Counted from the stretch's first letter, positions 18,603-29,818 are shown. The stretch: DNA of 64,000 nt from an uncultured Acidobacteriota bacterium (GCA_963796275.1 CAWCKY010000007.1:928001-992000); one strand, 5' to 3'. The notes: generated from the letters alone by a model not told the origin. Made by a program: numbers and translations.

Positions 18603-21164
18603 TCACAGATGAATACTCAATCCCTCAGATTCGGAATACGAAATTATCAGCCTCTGCCCGGGCTGGACCTCTTCGGCGATCAACATCTTCGCGATGGGCG
18701 CCAGCGCCAACCGCTGAAGCGTGCGTTCGACCGGGCGAGCGCCGTATATCGGATCATAGGCTTTCTGGGCGAGATAGGTCATGGCTCCGGATTCGATTTC
18801 GAGTTCGACCTCGTGTTCTTCGACAAGTTTTTTGCGCAGGTCATTCATGTTTCGGGCGACTATCTGTTCCAGGACAGGTTCGTCGAGAGAATTGAAGCAT
18901 ATGACTTCATCGAATCGGTTGTAGAGCTCGGGCCTGAGGCTGGCCTTGACCACCTCCACGATGATCTCGGTCTTCTTCTGCAAATCATCGGTCAGTTCGT
19001 TAGCCTCACGAACTCCGAGGTTCGAAGTGCAGACGACCATTGCGCTGGAGAAGTCGCAGAAACGACCCTTTGCATCCGTCAATCGACCTTCGCCGAGCAC
19101 ACCGAGCAGAAGGTCGTGGACCTCGCTGGCGCCCTTCTCCACCTCATCGAAGAGCACGACGGAATATGGCTGTCGCCGCACGCGTTCGGTCAGGAACCCA
19201 CCCTCATCCGAGCCGACGAGCCCCGGACGAGAGCCGATGAGGCCGGCGATGGAGCTGCTGTCTTTGTATTCGGCCATATCGACCCGGATCAAACTATCTT
19301 CATCGTCGAAGAGCGCTTCCGCCAGGGCCTTGGTCATCTCGGTCTTGCCGACGCCGGTCGGGCCGACGAAGAGGAACGATGCGGGGCGCCTGGTGCGCCG
19401 CAGGTCGGTGCGCATCTGCCGCGCCGCGCTGGCTGCCAGCTCTATGGCTTGCGGCTGGCCGAAGACGCGGCCGCCGATACGCTCTTCGAGTTTCATCATT
19501 CGTTCGCGTTCCGACTCGAACAATCGCGCCACGGGTATGCGGGCGCGGCGGGCGACGACTTCCGCGATCTGCTCTTTGCCGACCTCCTGCGGGACCAGCC
19601 CCCCATCTCGTTCAATCTCGGCGACATCGCGCTCGAGGTCCGCCAGCTGTTGTTCGAGGAATTTCAGGCTGCCATAACGGATCTCCGCCGCACGCGCGAT
19701 CTCCCCGCGCGCCTCGGCAGCCTCCAGCGCCACGCGCTGTTCCTCGATCGCCTGCTTCGTCTTCTGCAGGTTGGCATTCGCATTTCGCTCCCGCTGCCAT
19801 CGCCCCTTCAGCTCGTCGAGCTTAGCCTTCATCTCCGCGGCCTCTCCCTCTTTCGACCGTATGGCGGAGGGGTCTTCTTTGCGCAGAATTTCTAACTCGC
19901 CCTGAGTTCTGACGTACTTTCGTTCGAGTTCATCGATCGCGTTCGGCTTCGACTCCAGCTGCATCCGGATGCGTGATGTCGCTTCGTCGATCACGTCGAT
20001 CGCTTTGTCTGGCAAGAAGCGGTCGCGCAGGTAGCGGCGCGAGAGTTTGACCGCCAGCACCAGGCTCTCGTCAGGCAGGCGCACAGCGTGGTGGGCCTCG
20101 TAATACGGGCGCACGCCGCGCAGGATGGCGAGCGCCGTCTCGTCATCGGGCTCCTCAACGACCACGCGTTCGAAGCGCCGCGCCAGCGCGCCGTCCTTCT
20201 CGATACGTTCGCGGTATTCGTCGTATGTCGTCGCGCCGATGCACCGCAGTTCGCCGCGAGCGAGCGCCGGTTTCAGGATGTTCGCAGCGTCAAGGCCGCC
20301 GGCATTACCGCCCGCGCCTACCAGCGTGTGCAGTTCGTCGAGAAAAAGAATGATCTCGCCCTGGCGCGCTGTGACCTCGTCAACCACGCTCTTTATGCGC
20401 TCCTCGAATTCGCCGCGGTATTTTGCACCTGCGACCAGAAGCGTCAGGTCGAGCGCATACAACCGGCACGCTTTCAGCGAATCGGGAACGTCGCCCGCGA
20501 CTATCCGCTGGGCGAGCCCCTCAACTATCGCCGATTTCCCCGTGCCCGGATCGCCGACCAGAACCGGATTGTTCTTCGTCTTTCTGAGAAGAGTCTGGAT
20601 GACGAAGCGGATCTCCTGGTCGCGCCCGACGACCGGCATAAACTTCCCCTGCCGCGCGAGTTCGCACAGATCGCGTCCGAATCGCTCGAGCATAGAGCCC
20701 GGATCAGATCGCTTCCCGAGCACCTCGCCCGTATTGCTCTTCGCCTGCGCCGCCTTCTTCACCGCTTCCGTCTGCAACCCCGCATCGCGCAAAGTCGAGC
20801 GCAGTCCATCCTCGCCGCCTTCCAGCGCCGCGGTCAGGAAATCCGATGGCTCGACCAATTCGGAGGTTCGGCGTTCCGCGATATTGAACGCGACGTCGAT
20901 CAGATCGCGCAGAGCCTTGCCGGCCACGGGACGTTTACCGGGCTCAAGCCTGACGGCGCGATCTTCATTGGCACTCAGGAGATCGAGCACGCGCGCGCGG
21001 CTGAGATTCAGCTTCTCGGCCATGGCTGCGAGCGCGCCGTTCGTATCGAGCATGACGTGAAGCAGATGAACGGGAGTCATGAACGCTTCGCCGCGCCGTT
21101 CGGCAAAATGCCGCGCGTCTTCCAGCGCGCGTTCGAATTCTAGGGAAAGCTTATCTAGCTCCAT
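18603..21164 (-). CDS. clpV: ClpV/ClpB-type AAA+ ATPase (TssH)
   Basis: Clp-N, GRDQEIR, KNNPVLVGDPGTGKS, AGAKYRGEFEER, GPTGVGKTE, YGARPV; lies within the T6SS operon. Confidence 0.85.
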   Translation of the reverse strand: MELDKLSLEFERALEDARHFAERRGEAFMTPVHLLHVMLDTNGALAAMAEKLNLSRARVLDLLSANEDRAVRLEPGKRPVAGKALRDLIDVAFNIAERRTSELVEPSDFLTAALEGGEDGLRSTLRDAGLQTEAVKKAAQAKSNTGEVLGKRSDPGSMLERFGRDLCELARQGKFMPVVGRDQEIRFVIQTLLRKTKNNPVLVGDPGTGKSAIVEGLAQRIVAGDVPDSLKACRLYALDLTLLVAGAKYRGEFEERIKSVVDEVTARQGEIILFLDELHTLVGAGGNAGGLDAANILKPALARGELRCIGATTYDEYRERIEKDGALARRFERVVVEEPDDETALAILRGVRPYYEAHHAVRLPDESLVLAVKLSRRYLRDRFLPDKAIDVIDEATSRIRMQLESKPNAIDELERKYVRTQGELEILRKEDPSAIRSKEGEAAEMKAKLDELKGRWQRERNANANLQKTKQAIEEQRVALEAAEARGEIARAAEIRYGSLKFLEQQLADLERDVAEIERDGGLVPQEVGKEQIAEVVARRARIPVARLFESERERMMKLEERIGGRVFGQPQAIELAASAARQMRTDLRRTRRPASFLFVGPTGVGKTEMTKALAEALFDDEDSLIRVDMAEYKDSSSIAGLIGSRPGLVGSDEGGFLTERVRRQPYSVVLFDEVEKGASEVHDLLLGVLGEGRLTDAKGRFCDFSSAMVVCTSNLGVREANELTDDLQKKTEIIVEVVKASLRPELYNRFDEVICFNSLDEPVLEQIVARNMNDLRKKLVEEHEVELEIESGAMTYLAQKAYDPIYGARPVERTLQRLALAPIAKMLIAEEVQPGQRLIISYSESEGLSIHL

Positions 21165-21310
21165 AGTAAAGATAATCAAAAGGCCAAAGGAAAAAGGCAA
21201 AAATCAAAATGTCGGATTTTCTGTCTTTATTATCTGACTTCCATGCTTACGTATCCGTCTTTTGATTATTGTCTCTCTCCTTCTGCCCTCTGCCTTTGAT
21301 TTCAGGGTTA

Positions 21311-23004
21311 TTACTCTAGCCGCCTGCGTTTCTTCGGCTGATCTTGGTCGAATGTACGCGGTTGTTCTGTCCTCTCTTCTGTCGGCCATGATTCGGATAA
21401 TCTGTTGTTCGTTTCCTGGGGTGCGACCGCCAGCTTCGGAACCAGAGGCGGCGGCTCTGGCGGAGGCGGTACCGCCTGCGCAACCCGCGACGCTCCGGGC
21501 GTGATGAGGCGCCGCCTGTACAGCAGGCAACTGCGAATGCGATAAGCCGAATTGACGGTCACACGCACATCGGAGATCGTATGTATTTCGGGTGGGAGCC
21601 TGAAATCGACTGCGAAGTTGCGCTGATCGTATAATTCAGACTTCGCCTTCGGATATATCGGTTCATGGCCCTGCCCCGCCCCCTGATTGATCTGCACTAT
21701 TGTGGCGATGCTATCGCCCACGTCGAATTGCGCATCATTATCGCGGATCAATACGATACGAAAGTTTTGACGACCGTCCAGTCGCAGCGGCGCAAAGACG
21801 AACGATAGGTCATCACCGTAAATCTGTGGGCGCGCCGGCCGCGACTGGGTCTCAAAAAGAGCGGATCTTCGGTACGGCGATCGAAGAAGAATGGCAGCGC
21901 TTCCAGCGCCGTGCTCACGCGATAATCGAGATATTTGCCCTCCAGCGCCTCTTCCAGTCGCCGCAGCCTGTTCAACGCCGCTTCGATGCGCGACACGTCC
22001 TCGCTCAGGTTGTCGTGTATCGTCAATTCGCGGTTGGCCAGCAGTGCCTGCTGCTCCTGCTCGAGCAGTGAGCTGAACTCCGTCATGCCCAACGCCACCA
22101 ACTCTCTGAAATATTCGCGCGTCGGAGGGCTGAGATCGAGATAGACCGATGCGCTGCGAACCACGCGATAGAGTTTCTGAAGAAATTGCCGCGGCGGCTG
22201 CAACGGGTCGAGGACATCGTAGATGCTCGACTCGAGCGCTATCACCATCCTCCCGACGAATTGCAGCACCTCGTTATCTCCGCCGGTCGGAATATAACTT
22301 CCCGCAGCGATAGCGATGTATTCGACGATCGCCTTATGCAATTGCAGGTAACGTTCGCTGAGCGAGATGATCTGGTCGCGCAGCCGTTCCCAGGCTCGCT
22401 TCAGCTCGCTATGACCGATGAGCGTCGTACAGACCGGGATGAGACCTGGGATGCGTTCGTAACGAATACTGCCTTCAGCCTTGCGCAATCGGCTGACCAT
22501 CAAACTATGCGTCGCCTCGGCGGCCGTCACGTCCAACTGCAGGCGGTAACGCTGTCGCCGCGTCGATTTGACCTGCGGATTGGCCGGATCCTCGTAACCG
22601 TTTTCGATGACCTTATCGTGCGGCTCGCCGACGATGTAGACGCCTATCTCCTGATGGCCTTCGATCTGTGATTTGGGAAACGAGTTGTCTATCGCGTTCG
22701 ACGGAGAGATTTCGATGATGTCGCCCGAAGGAGTGATGCCGCGGCACTGGGTGACCGAAACCTTGACTGCCTCGCCGTCATCGTCGACACTGATGACCGG
22801 ATCATGCTTGGCCGCCCCGCGTTCAGCCGGTTCCGCCCTCGCTCCGGATCCGACCAGCCCGTATCCATCTAAACCATAGTGGATCGCCCATAACAACGCC
22901 GAATCGAAATACTTCTCCTGCCTCAGAAAATGCTCCGGCGTGAGCAGCATCCCCTGCGTCCAGTTGACGGAGCCGAGATTTATATCTTTGTCATTCATGT
23001 TCAT
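21311..23004 (-). CDS. tssK: TssK-like baseplate protein with C-terminal extension, frameshifted at the A5 run 21854-21858
   Basis: VNWTQGMLLTPEHFLRQE and YGL N-terminal TssK motifs; adding one T (minus strand) gives ...DPLFFETQSRPARPQIYGDDL...IRDNDAQ, joining ORF 21311..21751. Confidence 0.75.
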
Positions 23005-23027
23005 TCATTTTCATTTCATACATAAAT

Positions 23028-23936
23028 TTACCGACTTCCCAGGTGGCTATTGATGCCCAGGACCGCATTCTCGATCTCGATCCCGAGGCGGGGGCCGCGG
23101 TCGACATCGCCCGTCAACCATTTGAACCGATAGACCCAGTGATAGGGGGCTACCAGGCGCATCACCTGATCGATTCGCCGCTGGCCCTCGCCCGTCTGGT
23201 GACGGCGAAACTTTTCGAGCGTCTCTGCGCGTAATGTAATCTCCATCAACGCCTCGTCGTCGATCCCGTCGCCGACGATCATATCCACTCCCAGACGACT
23301 GGCGCGCGCCCCGAGCGATGAGCGATCCGATGGATCCATGAGCGTGCGGCGCGCGCGCCACGTGATCGACGCTATTTCAAGCTCGAGCAGCATTCGCATC
23401 GACAGCCGCAGACCCGATTCGCGCCCGGTCAAATAACGCAGACATGGCAGGAGGATCGCCAACTTGTACCATCTCTCTTTCGGCCAGTCTTCCGGCTCGA
23501 TGCCGAATAACTTTATCCAGCGCGCGCATCCTACTGGATTCGACGGCCGCACGTCGAAGAAGAGGCCGCCCAGACGCATATAGACAGCAGCCTTCTCGAC
23601 CGCATCGTCAAAGATCGATACCATCTCACGCGTTCCGATCTCGCCGTCGTTGGACGATTCCTGCATTCCGACCGGCAGGTGATAGAACATACTGTCGCCT
23701 TCGACGGTCAGTTCTACTACCATCTCCTGTGTGAGCGGTGTACCTGGAACCGGTTGCTGATCAATGACGCGCGACTGCGCCCATCCACGCCCCGCCTTCC
23801 TGATCGTAATGCGATCGGTCCCGATGCCCACGCGCAACAATGCCAGGAGCGCCGAGTCGACGGTGTGATGAAATCCGTGACGTGGTCGGATCAAGTCCGG
23901 CATAGACTCATCTATTTCAAACTCTTCGGGTGGCAT
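23028..23936 (-). CDS. tssG: TssG-like baseplate protein
   Basis: SMFYHLPVGM, WIKLFGI, G.ESGLRLSMRMLL, SSLGARASRLGVDMIVGD, AVLGINSHLG; adjacent to tssK. Confidence 0.7.
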   Translation of the reverse strand: MPPEEFEIDESMPDLIRPRHGFHHTVDSALLALLRVGIGTDRITIRKAGRGWAQSRVIDQQPVPGTPLTQEMVVELTVEGDSMFYHLPVGMQESSNDGEIGTREMVSIFDDAVEKAAVYMRLGGLFFDVRPSNPVGCARWIKLFGIEPEDWPKERWYKLAILLPCLRYLTGRESGLRLSMRMLLELEIASITWRARRTLMDPSDRSSLGARASRLGVDMIVGDGIDDEALMEITLRAETLEKFRRHQTGEGQRRIDQVMRLVAPYHWVYRFKWLTGDVDRGPRLGIEIENAVLGINSHLGSR

Positions 23937-24019
23937 CAAGATATCCCAACAACCACGTTTTCCTGGATCGAAACCGAAAATCTACAACTCACTGAATCAT
24001 GTTCACCTGTTTCTATAAG

Positions 24020-24481
24020 CTATCCGCATAAAACAGCCACTGCATAACCTCTCTTGGCTGCCTCTCTGATCGCTGACTCAAAGGCGTAATAAACTGTTTC
24101 TACATACTTCTCTCTTTTTTTCAAAAATCGCTCGACCTCATTCTCTGAGATCGCTTCGTAGCTATCATTCAGATCTTTAACAACCGCCGGCTTGAAATAT
24201 CCAAAATCCGGATAATCGTCATTATCGGGATCCAGTAGATTATGGGGAGAATTCGCAAAAGAAAATGTTGGCATCAAATCCGTCCCCCCCGTCACTAGTT
24301 GATCGATCGATTCCAAAGCCTCCGCAAGCGGTAAAAAATCCAACGAGATCATTTCCCATTGACTTCCCACCTCTTTTACCTTGGCCAAGAGTTTCTCGTA
24401 CTTCTCCACTTCAGAAAGCCCCGGAAGAGCCATCGGTAACTTACCCTCGTCGACTACATAAAGGAGGTATGTGTCATTCAT
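24020..24481 (-). CDS. Hypothetical acidic protein, possible second immunity protein
   Basis: Overlaps the 3' end of the Imm49-like gene; AT-richer sequence; DFGYFKPAVVK..AAKRGYAVAV. Confidence 0.5.
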   Translation of the reverse strand: MNDTYLLYVVDEGKLPMALPGLSEVEKYEKLLAKVKEVGSQWEMISLDFLPLAEALESIDQLVTGGTDLMPTFSFANSPHNLLDPDNDDYPDFGYFKPAVVKDLNDSYEAISENEVERFLKKREKYVETVYYAFESAIREAAKRGYAVAVLCG

Positions 24482-25256
24482 CAATCGACCCCAATAAATG
24501 CAAAGGGAGGTAATCAGATTTCACGGTTACATCCATCTGCTTTTCACGCCCCAGCTGGGCCAGCATCAATCCCGGCAAACAGATCAACCCTTCGTACATC
24601 AAGCGATACTCTCCGCGTAATGCTTCCCACTTATGAGCTTCAACCAAATCCGTTATTGCCCTATGAAAAGCCGGCTGGTCGCTATCCATGATCGCCTTGA
24701 CCCCTCTGATCTTGGGCAGCAGGAATTTCATCTCTTCTTTCGATGCTCGATCCGATGAACAGTACACTTCCAGTCTCTGTATCTCGTCCTCAGCCCAAGC
24801 GCCCTCAGCTACGTATCGTTTCTCAACCTCTAAAAAATCAGCCCTTATTAGATACTCACCATGCTCGGGGAAGTTATATTGCCACCGTTGTATCCCGGCC
24901 AGCTCTCTTCTCAGCTCTCTTTTCCCGAAACAGACAGCCAGGTCTATGGTCTTTTCAAAATCACCGACAAACCGAGTTTCCATCTCTCTTGGCTCGGCTC
25001 GTTTCGAGAGGAACATGACATAAAAATCTGCCGCGCTTCTCATGTGGGAAACGATCTCTTCTTTCGGCGCCTGCTGCTGGTAAAGCAGCATACCAGTTTC
25101 AAAATTTAATTCCGCCAGCTTTTCGAGATGTTTCAGGCTCTCGCTCGCATCACCAGAGGCTTCCAGCTTGGCTACCCGGCGAGGAATAATTTCGAGATTA
25201 TCTTTAATCTCCTCTTGGGCATTTTCGTCCGATATTTTGTTAAGTTTTAACCCCAT
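24474..25256 (-). CDS. Immunity protein, Imm49-like
   Basis: Directly downstream of the RHS toxin; all-alpha; C-terminal GLICLPGLMLAQLG...VKSDYLPLHLL pattern. Confidence 0.7.
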   Translation of the reverse strand: MGLKLNKISDENAQEEIKDNLEIIPRRVAKLEASGDASESLKHLEKLAELNFETGMLLYQQQAPKEEIVSHMRSAADFYVMFLSKRAEPREMETRFVGDFEKTIDLAVCFGKRELRRELAGIQRWQYNFPEHGEYLIRADFLEVEKRYVAEGAWAEDEIQRLEVYCSSDRASKEEMKFLLPKIRGVKAIMDSDQPAFHRAITDLVEAHKWEALRGEYRLMYEGLICLPGLMLAQLGREKQMDVTVKSDYLPLHLLGSIDE

Positions 25257-25292
25257 AATTGATCTTTCCCCATGCAGTTACTAGCATGATCA

Positions 25293-28200
25293 TCAGTTGT
25301 AGATGCCTCCGTCCGGAACTGGCAACTCGCGCGTCGAGCCATCCGGTTGAGATTGAACAACCATGCCCCTAACCTTCGGTGGCGGGCCATTTTTCATGGC
25401 TTTCTGGATATCTTTCGCCACTGGATTTCCAGATTTAGCCCACTCATCCGCGGAATTCTTCACCCATTTTTGACTCATTTGCGGCCCTTTCTTCGCCTTT
25501 GTGCTGAGTTCAGCGCCTGGTCCCTTTGCTTCGACAACCATATATTCAGTGACTTCGCCCGCTGCGTTTCGTTTAACGTAGACCTGATCATAGCCGGTCC
25601 CCGGAGCAAATCCACTCACCATCTCATACCCCGGATGGTTCTGCCTCATGTGTCTCGCCGTCCCGGTTTCACCTATGGCCTCTGTAACTTTCGCTTTGTA
25701 ACCGCCCTGAGATTGTTTACTTGCCCCTCGCTGCCTCGCCCTATCCGTTTTCCTCTTGTATTTTCTCTGGTGAGCTCCGACATCCTGCATATGCTGTGCG
25801 AAGACGGGTCTGGGATTCCTGGCGATTCTTCTTTGACGATTTAATTTCTTCCATTGCGCTCTGGTCATACTCCGAGGGACCGACACGTCTGTCCTCGATG
25901 GTCGACCGTCACCGTCACCACGACTCCTGCTTCGAGCCGGACCGCCCGGATGAAGCCCTAGAATGTCGACTCCAGTCAGCGGATTGGCCAGATAGGCATA
26001 GAGATTATAGCCGCCCGCTATTCCCAAGGGATCGCACTGCAAATAGCGCCCGAGTTCCGGGTCATAATACCGGAATCGATTATAGTGCAGCCCAACCTCG
26101 GCATCATAATAATGCCCTGGAAATCGGAGGTTGATATCATCCGAATTGCCAGATTCAACTCGGATCGCGCCATATGAAAAGACTTCACCCTCCCAGATGG
26201 TTCTTCCAGATTTATCTTCTAATCGCTCTGGCACACCTAGCTGATTGGTGAAAAGATATTTTATTACTCCGCTTTCCGGTTCTGCATCGAGGCTTGCATA
26301 CTCGACAAACAGAAAAGGTACCAACGCTTCCACATCCGCATACACATAGATGCGAACGTATCCATCATCTCTGATCTCACCCGATAATCGATCATGATCC
26401 CAGTAATACTCGGTCTTCTGTCCCTTCCAGCGTTTCCAGATTCTCCGACCGAGCACGTCATATTCGGCTCTCCACTCGCGGCCATTCATTGAGATCCCGA
26501 TGATTTGATCGAAAGAGTCGTATTCATAGCGCATTGTCCTCTTTTCACTCTCACGCAGCGTGACATTGTCGCGTTTATCATATTGGAACTTCTCGCCGTT
26601 GGCTTGCTTGAGCTTATTTCCGGATCCGACCCGTACGCCATCCAGTCCTGGCTGCAAGACCAGATTCCCTGCTTCATCGTTAGCATATAGTTCGGTCCTC
26701 CCGTCCCCGCGCTCTGCGATCTTCAACCTGTGCGCCGCATCGTAATGATATTTCACCGTCCCGCGCCTGCTGTCTTCGACCTGCAATAGATCGCCAGCCC
26801 CACTGTAGCGGTAGTTTCTGACATGTAGCTTCCCCTCAGCCATAGCCGCTACTTTACGCAGACATCGTCCTCCGGAATCATACTGACTCAGTTCCCTGGT
26901 TCCGTTGCCCAGTTCCTTAAGGATCAACCCATTATTACTGAAGTGAAATGTGTGTGCGCCACCTGTCGGATCGTTTATGACGAGGTTGCCGTTATACCCT
27001 CTTCTGTACGCGATGACAAACTTTCCAAATATCGTGGTGGAGAACAAACTATCCCCAATGAATTCGTGTTCAACCCCTAATCCATTGCGGATGTCCTTGA
27101 TCAGCCGTCCCTCCTCGTCGTAATCGAATGACATCCGGGCACGACGTGTCTGTGCTCTGATAATCTGGCCGCGTTTGTTGTACTCAAATTGATAAACTTC
27201 ACCATCAGCAAACCGCTGAATACGATCGAGCCGCCCAAATCCTGGTTCACGATCTAGCAGTCTTCGCCCCCTGCCATCCAGTTTTTCGATCAGATTGTCA
27301 GCTTCGTCATAGCGGTAAATGTCATAGGCGACTCCATCGCGCCGCACCTCGACCAGCCTGTCCTTCTTGTCGTAGACGAAGTCGTGAACGACTCCACCCG
27401 CATCGATAAACTGGGTTATCTCTTCAGTTGGTGAATATTTAAATGTGCAAGTGCTGCCGACAGGATCGGTTTCGCCATGGAGAAGATTCCAAGACGTGTA
27501 CGCTCTGCGGCGTATTCCGCCATCGCCATCGACGTACAAAACCTCATTCCCTTCTTCATCGTACTCCCAATGCTCAACCGAGCCGTCTTCATTTCGCCGC
27601 TCAATCAACCGCCCCAGCAGATCATAATTCTCTTGTGGAATCGATCGCTGGTACCTATTTGATCCGGCATTCCATGATTGCGCGAGCTCAGAAGCGACTT
27701 CCGGAAAACCTTCCAGTAGAGGATCATTCGTAGAAACAAGTTTGATAAACTCCCGGTCCAGCAGATCGCCGAACTCCCATTCGAGCGGTGTTTCGGGTAC
27801 CCTGTGTTCCAGTGGATCTGCTGGATGCGGCTCCAAATCCAGCGGCGGCGCCCAATATCCCCACGGGTCTCGCCTGCCCGTGTGCGCTCCCTGCTCATCA
27901 TATAGAAGATCAGTCGGATTGCCCGCCGGATCGAGCTCACGGCTGACTAATCCAGTATCCGGGTCAATGAGACGGTGGTGCGTTCCGCCATAAGGATCGG
28001 TGATCTTGGCTATCGTTCCCAGTTCGTTGTACTCGTATTCCCAACTGCCTCCGTCGGAATACTTCACCACCGTCGCATTGTCTTCCGGATAATATTTCAG
28101 CCACCCTTCGTACATTCCGTCTTCCCCGCTCGTATAGACGCAACGCCCCTGTTCATCGTACTGATACCGATAACTGTATCCGCGCCGGTCGGTCTTGCGC

Positions 28201-29801
28201 GTCATACGGCGCGCGGGGTCATATTCGTACCGCGCAACTCGATCGAGCGCGTCACGAAATTCAATCAGGCAGCCGTCGTCGTCATAACGGTATCTCGCCA
28301 CATAGACAACTTCATGCCCCGGCCGCTTCAGCAACACCTCACTCACCAATCCCGCCGAAGAATAGTTCAACTGAATCGTTCTCTCATCATCAATCCGAAT
28401 TCCGATGAGCCGTCCCTGTTCGTCATAAGCGAACGTGAAATTCCTATCTTCATCCCGTAGCCTCACCAGCCGCGCAGGCTCCGTCATCTCGCGAAATTCA
28501 AACTCTATCGCCGGTCGATTGTGCGAATTCAGCTCGAATCGCCGCGCCGCGAGGCGTTTCAACGCATAACCGTGCTGTGTGACACGCTCGCTCGGGTATT
28601 CGGTGATAAAAGACGGGAATGGGAAAGAGTTTCCTTCCGGATCCGTGTATGTGTATTGCGAAGTGGATTGGTCGTATGTCAGCTCCAGTTGATATTCATG
28701 TCTGAATCCCCATCCCAGCGGACCTGCCCCTGCCAGCTCCTGCAGTTGCGAGTTGTACCAGCGCCGCCAGACGAACCGAGGGGCAGGTAGCATGAAGTCG
28801 GTAAAATCGTCGACATTGGCCCCGGTGACTACGTCGATCGGTTCGAACAACTTGCCGCAACCCTGATTGAGTCCCATTCTTTGGGAGAGCTTCATAGCTC
28901 GACGCTTGAGCAGCTTCCCCAACCCTCTCAGAATCACGTCCCATCCCGGCATCGGCAGTCCGCCGATCAATACGTTCTGGCTCCCGGTGATGAATTTCCC
29001 CCAACAGTTTAACGGAGTGAATCCCGGGTCTTTTCCCATCCCGATTGACAGGGCCATCGCCGCGATGTCCGCCGCCATCTGAAGCCCCGCCATCGCCGCC
29101 TCGATTCCCGCCGCCTCCGATTTCGCCGCTGCCTCTTTAGCATCCGACTCCGATTCCGCGCTGTCCTCCATCTCCTGGTAGCCCACATGATCGGCCAGCG
29201 CCGCCGCCCCGCCCAGCGCTCCCATCGCCACCGGGAGAGCCATCATTGCCTTATCCAACTTCGACAGTCCCTTAAATCCCTTTTTCGCCGCCTTGACTCC
29301 TTTCAATCCCGGAATCCCCGGCAGGCAGTGCTTGGTGAAGTCGATCAAGAATCGGGCAGGCCTCGCTCCACCGATAAATACGTTTGAGGAACCTGTGAAG
29401 ACTTCGAACAACGGATAGTAGCCCCCACACCAAACTCCGAATCCCACGTCTCCGGTCCTCACGGCCGGCAAGCCGTTGATCAGAACGTTGACCGCCCCGG
29501 CGCAGATAACCGGCCCGATGCTCGGCAATGGGAAGCCAAAGGACGGCGGGTGCGGATGGCTGTGCGGCCATCCCAACACCAGGTCTATAAACAACCGCGC
29601 GGCGGGAAAACTCGGCAGAGCGTTGGAGAGCCAATTAGTCGCTTTCGCGACTCCCAGATTGGCCATATCGACAGGCTTCGTGGCGACCGACATGACTTCG
29701 CCGACAAAATTCTGTACGTCGCGCGCCGGGTTGGGCGGCGGCGGCAGCGCCTCGTTCGATGGATTGGCTGGGAGTTGGGTAGCGCGTTTAAGTTTTTCCA
29801 T
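25293..29801 (-). CDS. PAAR-RHS polymorphic toxin with C-terminal PD-(D/E)xK-like nuclease
   Basis: PAAR, NVLINGLPAVRTGD, TGSSNVFIGG; EPIDVVTG (DUF6531-like), GPLGWGFRH; YD repeats; LRFPGHYYDAEVGLHYNRFRYYDPELGRYLQCDPLG...DILGL; toxin E..GE...GYDQVY...VVEAKG...QMSQKWV. Confidence 0.92.
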   Translation of the reverse strand: MEKLKRATQLPANPSNEALPPPPNPARDVQNFVGEVMSVATKPVDMANLGVAKATNWLSNALPSFPAARLFIDLVLGWPHSHPHPPSFGFPLPSIGPVICAGAVNVLINGLPAVRTGDVGFGVWCGGYYPLFEVFTGSSNVFIGGARPARFLIDFTKHCLPGIPGLKGVKAAKKGFKGLSKLDKAMMALPVAMGALGGAAALADHVGYQEMEDSAESESDAKEAAAKSEAAGIEAAMAGLQMAADIAAMALSIGMGKDPGFTPLNCWGKFITGSQNVLIGGLPMPGWDVILRGLGKLLKRRAMKLSQRMGLNQGCGKLFEPIDVVTGANVDDFTDFMLPAPRFVWRRWYNSQLQELAGAGPLGWGFRHEYQLELTYDQSTSQYTYTDPEGNSFPFPSFITEYPSERVTQHGYALKRLAARRFELNSHNRPAIEFEFREMTEPARLVRLRDEDRNFTFAYDEQGRLIGIRIDDERTIQLNYSSAGLVSEVLLKRPGHEVVYVARYRYDDDGCLIEFRDALDRVARYEYDPARRMTRKTDRRGYSYRYQYDEQGRCVYTSGEDGMYEGWLKYYPEDNATVVKYSDGGSWEYEYNELGTIAKITDPYGGTHHRLIDPDTGLVSRELDPAGNPTDLLYDEQGAHTGRRDPWGYWAPPLDLEPHPADPLEHRVPETPLEWEFGDLLDREFIKLVSTNDPLLEGFPEVASELAQSWNAGSNRYQRSIPQENYDLLGRLIERRNEDGSVEHWEYDEEGNEVLYVDGDGGIRRRAYTSWNLLHGETDPVGSTCTFKYSPTEEITQFIDAGGVVHDFVYDKKDRLVEVRRDGVAYDIYRYDEADNLIEKLDGRGRRLLDREPGFGRLDRIQRFADGEVYQFEYNKRGQIIRAQTRRARMSFDYDEEGRLIKDIRNGLGVEHEFIGDSLFSTTIFGKFVIAYRRGYNGNLVINDPTGGAHTFHFSNNGLILKELGNGTRELSQYDSGGRCLRKVAAMAEGKLHVRNYRYSGAGDLLQVEDSRRGTVKYHYDAAHRLKIAERGDGRTELYANDEAGNLVLQPGLDGVRVGSGNKLKQANGEKFQYDKRDNVTLRESEKRTMRYEYDSFDQIIGISMNGREWRAEYDVLGRRIWKRWKGQKTEYYWDHDRLSGEIRDDGYVRIYVYADVEALVPFLFVEYASLDAEPESGVIKYLFTNQLGVPERLEDKSGRTIWEGEVFSYGAIRVESGNSDDINLRFPGHYYDAEVGLHYNRFRYYDPELGRYLQCDPLGIAGGYNLYAYLANPLTGVDILGLHPGGPARSRSRGDGDGRPSRTDVSVPRSMTRAQWKKLNRQRRIARNPRPVFAQHMQDVGAHQRKYKRKTDRARQRGASKQSQGGYKAKVTEAIGETGTARHMRQNHPGYEMVSGFAPGTGYDQVYVKRNAAGEVTEYMVVEAKGPGAELSTKAKKGPQMSQKWVKNSADEWAKSGNPVAKDIQKAMKNGPPPKVRGMVVQSQPDGSTRELPVPDGGIYN

Positions 29802-29818
29802 GGAGGTTCATCAAATGC

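Noticed and set aside
18609-21143. Long plus-strand ORFs (428, 351, 311 aa) opposite clpV
   Set aside because: Antisense shadows of a GC-rich conserved gene; no recognisable motifs
21204-21530. 108-aa ORF between tssK and clpV
   Set aside because: Overlaps the tssK tail in another frame and runs through low-complexity intergenic sequence
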